The notes beneath the pieces were generated by a model. The model was not told the DNA's origin. It did no database searches and saw only the letters and a list, made by a program, of their open reading frames with translations. Shown in pieces: positions 17,798 to 25,844 of a stretch of DNA of 64,000 nucleotides. Origin of the DNA: Acidimicrobiaceae bacterium (GTDB taxonomy: Bacteria > Actinomycetota > Acidimicrobiia > Acidimicrobiales > RAAP-2); assembly GCA_027339205.1 (NCBI GenBank), contig DAHWOV010000114.1, forward strand, positions 750 to 64,749, in the 5' to 3' direction. The translations under genes and the position numbers were made by a program. Numbering within the stretch: the first letter of the stretch is position 1; each line of letters begins with the position of its first letter.

Positions 17798-18814
17798 GTG
17801 GGCTACCAGGCTGAGTACATCTGGATCGACGGCACCGTGCCGTCGCCCCTGGTACGGAGCAAGACCAAGATCATCGGCACCGGGAAGAAGCCGGGCGTCT
17901 GGGGTTTCGACGGATCCAGCACGAACCAGGCGACCGGCGACAACTCGGACTGCGTCCTCCAACCGGTGCTCACCTGCCCCGATCCCCTGAGGGGCGGGGA
18001 CAGCGTCCTCGTGATGTGCGAGGTGCGAACTGTCGACATGGCACCGCATCCCACCAACACCCGCCATGCCTGCGTCGAGACCACCGAGCGCTATGCGTCG
18101 CACGAGCCATGGTTCGGCTTCGAGCAGGAGTACACGTTCTTGCAGAACGGCCGTCCGCTCGGGTGGCCGGCGACAGGTTTCCCGGCTCCGCAAGGGCCGT
18201 ACTACTGCGGCGTCGGCGGCGACAAGATGCCCGGGCGCGAGATCGTCGAGCGCCACACGGCGGCCATGCTCCGTGCCGGGCTTGCGATCGAGGGCACCAA
18301 CGCAGAGGTGATGATGGGGCAGTGGGAGTTCCAGATCGGGATCCTCCCCGCGCCCGAGTGCGGCGACCAGCTGTGGACCGCGAGGTGGCTCCTGTTCCGG
18401 ATCGCCGAGGACTTCGGGGTGTGGGCGACGCTCGAGCCCAAGCCCATCCTGGGTGACTGGAACGGCGCCGGCTGCCACACGAACTTCTCGACCAAGGAGA
18501 TGCGTTCGGAGAACGGCTGGGACGCGATCATCGGCGCCTGCGAGGCGCTGGGCAAGAACGTAGACGAGCACGTCGAGAACTACGGTTTCGGGATCGAGAT
18601 GCGCCTGACCGGTCACCACGAGACGCAGCACTACTCGAAGTTCAGCTACGGGGTCTCCGATCGCGGTGCGTCGATCCGCATCCCCTGGCAGGTCGCAAAG
18701 GAGCGGCGCGGCTACATCGAGGACCGGCGACCCAATGCGAACATGGACCCATACGTGGTGAGCCGCCTCCTGATTGACACGGTGTGCGGCGCCGCAGAGG
18801 GCGACCGGCGCTGA
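17798..18814 (+). CDS. glnII: Glutamine synthetase type II (eukaryote-like)
   Basis: GTG at 17798 is preceded by GAAAGGA. The translation GYQAEYIWIDG..WGFDGSSTNQA..PWFGFEQEYT..GPYYCGVG..GTNAEVMMGQWEFQIG..KPILGDWNGAGCHTNFS..SIRIP is the classical GSII pattern. The 5' part of track ORF 17186-18814 is antisense to nadE, so I rejected it. Confidence 0.9.
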   Translation: MGYQAEYIWIDGTVPSPLVRSKTKIIGTGKKPGVWGFDGSSTNQATGDNSDCVLQPVLTCPDPLRGGDSVLVMCEVRTVDMAPHPTNTRHACVETTERYASHEPWFGFEQEYTFLQNGRPLGWPATGFPAPQGPYYCGVGGDKMPGREIVERHTAAMLRAGLAIEGTNAEVMMGQWEFQIGILPAPECGDQLWTARWLLFRIAEDFGVWATLEPKPILGDWNGAGCHTNFSTKEMRSENGWDAIIGACEALGKNVDEHVENYGFGIEMRLTGHHETQHYSKFSYGVSDRGASIRIPWQVAKERRGYIEDRRPNANMDPYVVSRLLIDTVCGAAEGDRR

Positions 18815-18823
18815 GGGCAGCGC

Positions 18824-20182
18824 ATGAGGCGCAGCGAGGAGCCGCACGTGCAGGGCCAGCGTGACTACGTGCTGCGGACGGTCGAAGAGCGCAAGATCCG
18901 CTTCGTCCAGCTGTGGTTCACCGACGTGCTCGGGACGTCCAAGGCGTTCAGCATCCCCCCTGCGGAGCTCGAGAACGCACTCGACGAGGGGATGACGTTC
19001 GACGGCTCGTCGATCGACGGCTTCTCACGTGTCCAGGAGTCCGACGTCCTCGCGCGCCCGGACCCCAAGACCTTCCAGGTGCTCCCCTGGCACGGGCACG
19101 ACGAGGCCGTTGCCGCGGTCTACTGCGACATCCTCAACCTCGACGGCACGCCATTCGAGGGCTGCCCGCGCCACGCCCTGCGCCGCTCCCTCGAGCAGGC
19201 GCGTCGGGCGGGGTACACGTTCTTCGTCGCGCCGGAGGTCGAATTCTTCTACTTCGCGGACGCCGACCCGTCGAGGGGACCGCGTCCGCTCGACGCCGGC
19301 TCCTACTTCGACCTCTCGGTCGACGATCGCACGACCGAGGTGCGCCGCCGGACCGTCCTGCGGCTCGAGGAGATGGGCATCCCTGTCGAGCACGCACAGC
19401 ACGAGGACGCGCCTTCCCAGCACGAGATCGACCTCCGCTACACCGACGCGCTCACGATGGCCGACACGGTGATGACCGTCCGGCTCGTGGTGAGGGAGAC
19501 GGCCCGCCACGAAGGCCTCCACGCGAGCTTCATGCCCAAACCCCTGGCCGGCATGCAGGGCTCGGGAATGCATACCCACCTCTCCTTGTGGAGGGGCGAG
19601 CACAACGCCTTCGCGGACCATTCGGACCCCTACGGCCTCTCCGACACCGCCAAGCGCTTCATCGCCGGGCTCCTCCACCACGCCAGGGAGATCACCGCGG
19701 TCACCAACCAGTGGGTGAACTCCTACAAGCGGCTGGTCAGCGGGTACGAAGCGCCGGTGCACATCGGCTGGGCCCGCAACAATCGCTCGGCATTGGTCCG
19801 GGTGCCGGTCGTCAAGCGAGGGAACGAGGAGTCCACCCGGGTCGAATACCGGGCCCCCGACTCCGCCTGCAACCCGTACCTGGCCTTCGCGGTCGTGCTC
19901 GCGGCGGGGCTCCAGGGCATCGAGCACGACTACGAGCTGCCGGGGGAGGTCGCCGGCAATCTCTTCGACCTCTCGGAGCACGACCTGCGCGCGCTGGGGA
20001 TCCGGCCCCTCCCCGGCTCGCTCAAGGAGGCCGTGGACGAGATGGCGGAGTCCAAGCTCCTCGTCGACACCCTCGGAGAGCACGTCTTCGAGTGGTTCAT
20101 CCGGAACAAGCGCGCCGAGTGGAGCGATTACAACGTCGCGGTCACCCAGTTCGAGCTCGACCGCTACCTGCCGACCTTGTGA
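18824..20182 (+). CDS. glnA: Glutamine synthetase type I
   Basis: 452-aa ORF with IRFVQLWFTDVLG, FDGSSIDGF, FFVAPEVEFFYF, HEDAPSQHEIDLRY, SFMPKPLAGMQGSGMHTHLSLW, NRSALVRVP and EYRAPDSACNPYLAF. It starts 9 nt after glnII. Confidence 0.9.
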   Translation: MRRSEEPHVQGQRDYVLRTVEERKIRFVQLWFTDVLGTSKAFSIPPAELENALDEGMTFDGSSIDGFSRVQESDVLARPDPKTFQVLPWHGHDEAVAAVYCDILNLDGTPFEGCPRHALRRSLEQARRAGYTFFVAPEVEFFYFADADPSRGPRPLDAGSYFDLSVDDRTTEVRRRTVLRLEEMGIPVEHAQHEDAPSQHEIDLRYTDALTMADTVMTVRLVVRETARHEGLHASFMPKPLAGMQGSGMHTHLSLWRGEHNAFADHSDPYGLSDTAKRFIAGLLHHAREITAVTNQWVNSYKRLVSGYEAPVHIGWARNNRSALVRVPVVKRGNEESTRVEYRAPDSACNPYLAFAVVLAAGLQGIEHDYELPGEVAGNLFDLSEHDLRALGIRPLPGSLKEAVDEMAESKLLVDTLGEHVFEWFIRNKRAEWSDYNVAVTQFELDRYLPTL

Positions 20183-20206
20183 GAGGGGGTGGGGAGCGCC
20201 GCGGGT

Positions 20207-20233
20207 CCCAGTGAGCGAACCGCGCTCACTGGG
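20207..20233 (+). terminator. 11-bp perfect stem-loop after glnA
   Basis: CCCAGTGAGCG (20207-20217) pairs with CGCTCACTGGG (20223-20233) around a 5-nt loop, 25 nt after the glnA stop and 18 nt before the regulator start. It could be a terminator or an attenuator. There is no U-tract. Confidence 0.45.
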
Positions 20234-20250
20234 CCCGGTAAGCGGGCCCG

Positions 20251-20988
20251 GTGAGCGCGGTTCTTGGGGCGGCAAGACTGGCAACCGTGGACCCGCTCGT
20301 CTGCTTCCCTGAACCGGTCCCAGCGGTCGTCGCCGCGGCCTTGCGCGAAGTCGGGCTTGGCTTCCGCGCGACCTCGGCCCCCGAGAGCGCCGACGCTCTC
20401 GAGAAGACGGCCACCAAGGACGGGTGGGCGGGTGCCGTCGTGAGCGCCGCCGACGACCTGTCGCGGGCGATCACCTTCTGCCGCCACCTCCGGCGCAGGG
20501 AGGACCCGGTGAGCCCGCTCCTCCTCGTGATCGCCGAGGACCAGCTCCGCGAGCTGCAGCTGCGCGACGACCTCTTCGACGACTTCTGCGTCCTGCCTTC
20601 GAGGGCGGCGGAGCTCGCCGCGAGGATCGAGCACCTGCTCTGGAGGACGGGACGCGCGGCCGCGCCGGACGTCATCGAGCACGGTCCGCTCGTGCTCAAC
20701 CTCGAGACCTACCAGGCCGCCGTCGCCGGACGCGTGCTCGACCTCACGTACATGGAGTACGAGCTGCTCCGCTTCCTCGCAGCGCGGCCCGGCAAGGTCT
20801 TCACCCGAGAGACCCTCCTCAATCGGGTGTGGGGGTACGAGTACTACGGCGGGGCGCGCACGGTCGACGTCCACGTTCGGCGGCTGCGTGCGAAGCTCGG
20901 GGAAGAGCACGCCCACCTGATCCAGACCGTTCGCTCGGTGGGATACCGGTTCGGCCAGCCCGCATGGTCGCCGATGCCGGGCGCTTGA
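20251..20988 (+). CDS. glnR: GlnR-like orphan OmpR-family regulator with degenerate receiver domain
   Basis: The C-terminal winged helix GRVLDLTYMEYELLRFLAARPGKVFTRETLLNRVWGYEYYGGARTVDVHVRRLRAKLGEEHAHLIQTVRSVGYRF closely matches my recollection of Streptomyces GlnR. The N-terminal receiver-like half lacks the DD acidic pocket and the conserved Lys (DDFCVLP). No cognate kinase gene is adjacent, and it follows glnII-glnA directly. Confidence 0.65.
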   Translation: MSAVLGAARLATVDPLVCFPEPVPAVVAAALREVGLGFRATSAPESADALEKTATKDGWAGAVVSAADDLSRAITFCRHLRRREDPVSPLLLVIAEDQLRELQLRDDLFDDFCVLPSRAAELAARIEHLLWRTGRAAAPDVIEHGPLVLNLETYQAAVAGRVLDLTYMEYELLRFLAARPGKVFTRETLLNRVWGYEYYGGARTVDVHVRRLRAKLGEEHAHLIQTVRSVGYRFGQPAWSPMPGA

Positions 20989-21058
20989 GCACCGGGCACG
21001 TCAGGCACCGGGCACGTCAGGCGCCGGGCGCTTGAGCGCCGGCGCCGGGCGCTTGAGC
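20976..21058. repeat. Array of 15-16-bp GC-rich tandem units spanning the regulator stop codon and 3' region
   Basis: The order is GCCGGGCGCTTGAGC (20976), ACCGGGCACGTCAGGC x2 (20991, 21007), then GCCGGGCGCTTGAGC at 21023 and 21044. GGCGCCGG..CCGGCGCC segments can pair as hairpins. The regulator's TGA lies inside the first unit. Confidence 0.6.
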
Positions 21059-21114
21059 GCCAGCGCCGCGACCGCTTGGCGCGCACCCTCTTGGCACAAT
21101 GACCCAGGGCGCTC

Positions 21115-21150
21115 GAGGACTGAGAGGACCGAGAGGACTGAGAGGACCGA
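21115..21150 (+). repeat. GAGGAC(T/C)GA x4 (18 bp x2) tandem repeat ending 1 nt before a start codon
   Basis: GAGGACTGA GAGGACCGA GAGGACTGA GAGGACCGA, then C, then ATG (21152). Each unit contains a GAGGA Shine-Dalgarno core. Confidence 0.6.
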
Positions 21151-21151
21151 C

Positions 21152-21973
21152 ATGGGCAAGACCCGCTTCGACTGGTCGGTTCTGCCGGCCGGTCTCCGCC
21201 ACCAGCTGGCAGAGGATCTCGGCATCCCTGGCGACGACCTCGCCCGGGTGCTCACGGCGAACGTGGGTGAAGAACCGACCGAAGAGTTCGTGAAGGACGC
21301 GTGGCCGGCGCTGCGCGACCGGTGGATCGCAAAGGACTCTTCCGTGCGCCGCTCGGTCGTCTCGGCGCTACGGGCTCGGGGGCTCGGCGACACCTCGATC
21401 ACCGGCAGCTCCGCCAGAGCGCAGGTCGACTACCTCCGTTCGTGTCGCAACTCGCCGGCCCTGCGCTCGATCGTGCTCTCCCACCTCCTCGCGCTCCACC
21501 GGGAGATCGCAGAGGGTCCGGGCAGCTCCGACGAGCTCCGCTCGCAGGTGAAGGAGGTGCTGCGCCAGGTGCTCGGCGTCCACGAGGTCTCGGTGGACAC
21601 CGACGGCGACATCCCCATACCTTCGAAGGCAAGCCTCACCTACGTACGCGTCTTCGAGGACGCACCGATCGTGCGCGTCTTCTCGCCGATCCTGTGGGGG
21701 TTCGGCCGGCCGGCGGACATCGGAGAGACGGTCAACGAGATCAACTTGCACACCAACTGGGTGAAGGCCGTGTGGGAGAACGACGCGGTCGTGCTCTTCT
21801 CCGACGTGGTCGGAGACCCGCTGGCCGAGTCGCAGCTGGCCGCGGCCGTCCAGTCAGTCGTCCGCCGGGCCGACGAGATGGGGCCCGCGCTCCAGCAGCG
21901 GTACGGCGGGAAGACCGCGGTGGGCGCGCCGCTCCCTCCCCGCCAGCAGCCCGCGATCGGCGGCTACTTGTAG
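21152..21973 (+). CDS. Hypothetical protein with C-terminal YbjN/T3SS-chaperone-like domain
   Basis: I chose the ATG at 21152 (MGKTRFDWSVLPAGLRHQLAEDLG), because the upstream part of the track ORF runs through the repeat arrays. The C-terminal half (LTYVRVFEDAPIVRVFSPILWGFGRPADIGETVNEINLHTNWVKAVWENDAVVLFSDV) resembles YbjN-type putative sensory/chaperone domains. This assignment is from memory only. Confidence 0.55.
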   Translation: MGKTRFDWSVLPAGLRHQLAEDLGIPGDDLARVLTANVGEEPTEEFVKDAWPALRDRWIAKDSSVRRSVVSALRARGLGDTSITGSSARAQVDYLRSCRNSPALRSIVLSHLLALHREIAEGPGSSDELRSQVKEVLRQVLGVHEVSVDTDGDIPIPSKASLTYVRVFEDAPIVRVFSPILWGFGRPADIGETVNEINLHTNWVKAVWENDAVVLFSDVVGDPLAESQLAAAVQSVVRRADEMGPALQQRYGGKTAVGAPLPPRQQPAIGGYL

Positions 21974-21989
21974 CCGTCGCGGCGCGCGC

Positions 21990-22421
21990 TCAGCCCTGCG
22001 GTCTGTAGGCCCACGCCTCGACCTCGACACGCGCGCCCATGGGGAGCGACGCGACGCCGATCGCCGAGCGTGAGGGTCGGGGCTCCGGCCACGTCTGCAC
22101 CCAGATCTCGTTCAAGAGCGCGAACTCCGACATGTCCACGAGGAAGACGGTCGTCTTCACCACGTCCGCGAGCGTCGCACCCTCTTGCGCGAGCACGCTC
22201 GCGAGGTTGGCAAGTGCCTGGCGGAGCTGGCCCGCGGTCCCCCCCTCGACGAGCTCCGGCGGGCCCTCTGGGCTCGGTGCCGCGCCGATCTGGCCGGAAG
22301 TGATCACCCACTCTCCCACGCGGACCACCGGTCGGTACGGGCCGACGGGCCTGCCGCCGGGCGCCTGCCCTGCTGTGGGCGCGCTCAACGCGCGCTCCGC
22401 TCTGCTCGGCGGGTCGGCCAC
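21990..22421 (-). CDS. ridA: RidA/YjgF family reactive-intermediate deaminase
   Basis: PVGPYRPVVRVGEWVITSGQIG..ANLASVLAQEGATLADVVKTTVFLVDMSEFALLNEIW..PSRSAIGVASLPMGARVEVEAWAY is the typical RidA fold pattern. The start is uncertain, because 37 nt overlap the upstream gene if 22421 is used. Confidence 0.85.
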   Translation of the reverse strand: MADPPSRAERALSAPTAGQAPGGRPVGPYRPVVRVGEWVITSGQIGAAPSPEGPPELVEGGTAGQLRQALANLASVLAQEGATLADVVKTTVFLVDMSEFALLNEIWVQTWPEPRPSRSAIGVASLPMGARVEVEAWAYRPQG

Positions 22422-24019
22422 TCCGGCACGAGCCCGTCAGTGATCCACGCGGCCGCGGCGGTCGCCGCGAACACGGCGTCGGAGCCGTTCACGGGCCATC
22501 GGTCCTCTCTGTGCATGGTGACGTCCACCCAGGGAGTGTCGCGCGCGGACAGCACGCCGTACGAGCGGATCGTGAGGTCCTGGACCTCGCCTGCCTCGTC
22601 GACCGAGATCCCCTCGCTGCGGACCCAGCCGAGCGCCTGGTGCACGGCGCCCAGGCAGAACGAGCGCAGCACCACCTCGTCGAGCACCTCGCCGGCCCAG
22701 ACCTCGACGTGCACAGGACCCTGTGGGCTCACCGCCACGCGGGCACGACCCCCGCCGGGAGCGGTCACCTCCACCGGCGTGCCCGGCGCCGCGCAGGCGT
22801 CCTTCAGAAGGCCGAGCACGGCCGTCGCGACCAGCACCTCGGCCCATCCGGCACCTCGCAGGTCGGGCGAGACGGGCGGTCCGAGCACGTCGACCGGCTC
22901 CACGACGAGCCCGGGCGAGAGCGCGCTGACGCGCGCGACGTAGTCGTCGAAGCCAACCGCGTGGGGCGTCCGGGCGACGCGCAGCAGGCCGGACCCGTCC
23001 GCGCGCAACGCCAGGGCCACCGGCGGTCGCTTGGGGCCGCGACGGGCGACGTCCTCGCGCGACCAGACGACGCGGACCGGCTCGCCGCGCTCGTCGGCCA
23101 GCTGCCGGGCAGTGGCCGCGACGGGCGACCGGCGCTTCCCCCCGAAGGCCCCGCCGTTTGCGAGCGGGGTGGCGGGGCGGCCGCCGGGTACGCACCACGA
23201 GGCGTCCGGCTCGAGGTAGGCGGGCTCGACCCACGTGGTGCGCAGCACGAGCGACCAGTCGCCGTCCGGCACGGCAACCGGGTGGCGCAGCGGGACGGGG
23301 GAGTTGCGCCCCTGGACCTTCCCAGACGCGCGGCGCGCCTCGACGAGGTCGGCCCCGAAGGCGGGCGTGCCGTCAGCACGAAGAGCGGCCACCACCGCGG
23401 TGCGCGGCGCAGTGTCCTCGGCGAAGCCCGCGTGACCCAGGACCGTCTCGCGCGTCGAGCTCTGGTAGGACGGTCCTTCGAGCTGGGCCCGCCAGGAGGC
23501 GAGCAGCCGGTCGCGGACCGCGGCGGTCGCCAGCACGTGAGGGGTCGTCGGGCCGACGGGGACCGCGAGGACCGCCCCGGCCGCCTCGACGATGGACTGC
23601 CAACCCGTGCACCGGCACAGGTGCGCTGCGAGGGAAGCCCGGATCCTGGCCTCGTCGATCCGCGCGCCGCGTCCCAAGTGCGATTCGAGGGCCGCCAGCC
23701 GGAGCACGATCCCGGGGGTGCAGAAGCCGCACTGGCTCGCCCCCGCCGCGACAAAGGCGTCCGCCCATCTGCGGGAGCGCTCCTCGGACATGCCCTCGGT
23801 CGTCGTCACCTCGCGGCCGCTCACCCGCCGCACCGGCGTCACGCACGACACGCGCGGCGCGCCGTCGATCCAGACCGTGCAGCAGCCGCACTGGCCCTGC
23901 GGGCTGCAGCCGTCCTTGGGGGAGCGGACGCCGAGCCTCTCTCGGAGCGCGTCGAGGAGCGACACCGACTCGTCGTCGACGAGCACCGAGCGCCCATCGA
24001 CGCGGAAGGCGACGCTCAT
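22385..24019 (-). CDS. Fusion protein: CoxS-type [2Fe-2S] domains + shortened xanthine-dehydrogenase-family molybdopterin-binding-like region
   Basis: The N-terminus has both Fe-S motifs of molybdo-hydroxylase small subunits (GCSPQGQCGCCTV and QCGFCTPGIV..CRCTGWQSI). The remaining ~390 aa keep XDH large-subunit landmarks (TTWVEPAYLEPDASW, GGAFGGKRR, VVWSREDV) but are about half the usual length. No FAD subunit is nearby. Confidence 0.7.
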   Translation of the reverse strand: MSVAFRVDGRSVLVDDESVSLLDALRERLGVRSPKDGCSPQGQCGCCTVWIDGAPRVSCVTPVRRVSGREVTTTEGMSEERSRRWADAFVAAGASQCGFCTPGIVLRLAALESHLGRGARIDEARIRASLAAHLCRCTGWQSIVEAAGAVLAVPVGPTTPHVLATAAVRDRLLASWRAQLEGPSYQSSTRETVLGHAGFAEDTAPRTAVVAALRADGTPAFGADLVEARRASGKVQGRNSPVPLRHPVAVPDGDWSLVLRTTWVEPAYLEPDASWCVPGGRPATPLANGGAFGGKRRSPVAATARQLADERGEPVRVVWSREDVARRGPKRPPVALALRADGSGLLRVARTPHAVGFDDYVARVSALSPGLVVEPVDVLGPPVSPDLRGAGWAEVLVATAVLGLLKDACAAPGTPVEVTAPGGGRARVAVSPQGPVHVEVWAGEVLDEVVLRSFCLGAVHQALGWVRSEGISVDEAGEVQDLTIRSYGVLSARDTPWVDVTMHREDRWPVNGSDAVFAATAAAAWITDGLVPEWPTRRAERSAR

Positions 24020-24095
24020 CGGCGTCGACCCGTTCTCGGTCGTGCGAGTGGGCGCTTGGCGACCCTGGGGACCCGGTGCCCGGCAGGCTCGTCGA

Positions 24096-24464
24096 TCAGC
24101 TGAAGGACGAGCCGCACCCGCAGGTGCGGGTGGCGTTGGGGTTGGTGATGTGGAACCCGGCGCCTTGGAGCCCGTCGGAGTAGTCCAAGGTGGCGCCCGT
24201 GAGCAGCTCCGCGCTGGTGGGGTCGACCACGACCTTCACGCCTCCGAACTCGCGGACGACGTCGTCTCCGTCCTGCTCGGAGTCGAAGAACATCTCGTAG
24301 CTGTAGCCGGAGCAGCCGCCGGGCTTCACGGCGACGCGCAAGGCGAGCTCGCCGGCGCCTCCCTCCTCTGCGAGGAGCTGCGCGACCTTGGCCGACGCGC
24401 TCTCGGTCAGCGTGACGGGGTCGGGCTTCTTGCCGATGCTCACCGACGTCGTCATCGTCGTCAC
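24096..24464 (-). CDS. erpA: HesB/IscA/ErpA-type Fe-S cluster insertion protein
   Basis: 122-aa ORF with LRVAVKPGGCSGYSYEMFFD and the C-terminal signature NPNATRTCGCGSSF. Confidence 0.9.
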   Translation of the reverse strand: MTTMTTSVSIGKKPDPVTLTESASAKVAQLLAEEGGAGELALRVAVKPGGCSGYSYEMFFDSEQDGDDVVREFGGVKVVVDPTSAELLTGATLDYSDGLQGAGFHITNPNATRTCGCGSSFS

Positions 24465-24617
24465 GGTTGCCTCCTTGGGCAGCTCACAGGATACGGCGTC
24501 GCCATGTTACCGGGGCAGTCGCTCGGAGGGCACCGCGAGCCCGAAAGGAGGCTCCTGCCGAGGTGGTGCCGCGCGGCGGTCGGAGGGCTCCGGGAGCGGG
24601 GCCAGTAGGCTTCGGTC

Positions 24618-25844
24618 GTGTCAGCGGCAGGCGGACCCCCCAGCGAAGCAGAGGTCTTGGAGCGCCTGCGGGCCGTCGTGGACCCAGAGCTCGGCGACGA
24701 CATCGTCGACCTCGGCATGGTCCGCGCCGTCAGCGTGTCCGAGTCCGGGGACGTCCGCGTGGCGATCGCCCTCACGATCGCGCGTTGCCCGCTGCGTGCC
24801 CAGATCGAGCGGGACGTCCAAGGACGCGTCGAGGCGATCCCCGGGGTGCGCTCGGTGGAGCTGTCGACCGCCCAGATGGACGCCGCCGAGCGCGCTGCGG
24901 TGATGGCGCGGGCCCGGTGGAAGGCGCGTGAGCACGCGCCGGCCACGGCGGTGCCGCCCCGTGCCAGGGTGCTGGCGATCGCCTCGGGAAAGGGCGGGGT
25001 CGGCAAGTCGTCCGTCACGGTCAACCTCGCCGCTGCGCTCGCCCGGCGCGGGCTCACGATCGGGCTGCTGGACGCGGACATCGGCGGGTTCTCGGTCCCC
25101 CGCCTCCTCGGGATGGAGGGCCGCCTCGAGGCCCGCCAGGGCAAGATGGTCCCGCTGGAGCGGCTCGTCGGGGACGGCGTGCTGCGGGTGCTGTCGATGG
25201 GCTTCCTCGCCGAGGAGGACCGCGCGGTCATGTGGCGCGGCCTGCTGCTCAACCGCGCCGTGGAGCAATTCCTCCAGGATGCCCACTGGGGGGACCTCGA
25301 CTATCTCCTGGTCGACCTGCCCCCAGGAACCGGTGACGTCCAGATGGGCTTGGCCCGCATGTTGCCCCGCACCGAGATGCTCATCGTCACGACGCCGCCG
25401 CTCGCTGCCCAGCGCGTCGCTGCCCGAGCCGCGGACATGGCACGCCGGGGCTACCTGCGAGTTGCGGGGGTCGTCGAGAACATGAGCGACTTCACCTGCG
25501 AGCACGGGACCACGTACGCGCTCTTCGGCTCGGGAGGAGGGACGCGGCTCGCAGCGGAGCTCGGCGTACCGCTCGTCGGGACTATCCCGCTCCACCCCGA
25601 CATCGCCCGGGCAGGCGACACCGGGGAGCCGGTGGCCCTGGGCGAGGGCCAGCTCGCCCTCGTCTTTGCCGGCCTGGCCAGGGCGGTCGCAGACGACATC
25701 GCTCCGATCGTCGAGACCTCGGGCTGCACGGCGCGGCTCCTCGCTGCCGTCGCGGACGCCGCGGGCACGCCCGCAGGGCGGCGGGCGCGCGGCCCGGGCG
25801 GTCAGCCGGCGGGCACCCCGGTCGAGGCGACCGCCGAGCGGTAG
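24618..25844 (+). CDS. Mrp/ApbC/NBP35-family Fe-S cluster carrier ATPase with N-terminal DUF59 domain
   Basis: The DUF59-like N-terminus (VVDPELGDDIVDLGMVRAVSV) is followed by the deviant Walker A IASGKGGVGKSSVTVNLA, then DLPPGTGD. The typical CxxC region is replaced by SDFTCEHGTTYALFGSGGG. Confidence 0.9.
   Translation: MSAAGGPPSEAEVLERLRAVVDPELGDDIVDLGMVRAVSVSESGDVRVAIALTIARCPLRAQIERDVQGRVEAIPGVRSVELSTAQMDAAERAAVMARARWKAREHAPATAVPPRARVLAIASGKGGVGKSSVTVNLAAALARRGLTIGLLDADIGGFSVPRLLGMEGRLEARQGKMVPLERLVGDGVLRVLSMGFLAEEDRAVMWRGLLLNRAVEQFLQDAHWGDLDYLLVDLPPGTGDVQMGLARMLPRTEMLIVTTPPLAAQRVAARAADMARRGYLRVAGVVENMSDFTCEHGTTYALFGSGGGTRLAAELGVPLVGTIPLHPDIARAGDTGEPVALGEGQLALVFAGLARAVADDIAPIVETSGCTARLLAAVADAAGTPAGRRARGPGGQPAGTPVEATAER

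Noticed and set aside
20976-21150. Possible CRISPR arrays, here and at the other tandem-repeat loci (27594, 32216, 46701, 56756).
   Set aside because: The units are only 9-18 bp and directly abut one another without unique spacers. No cas genes are present.
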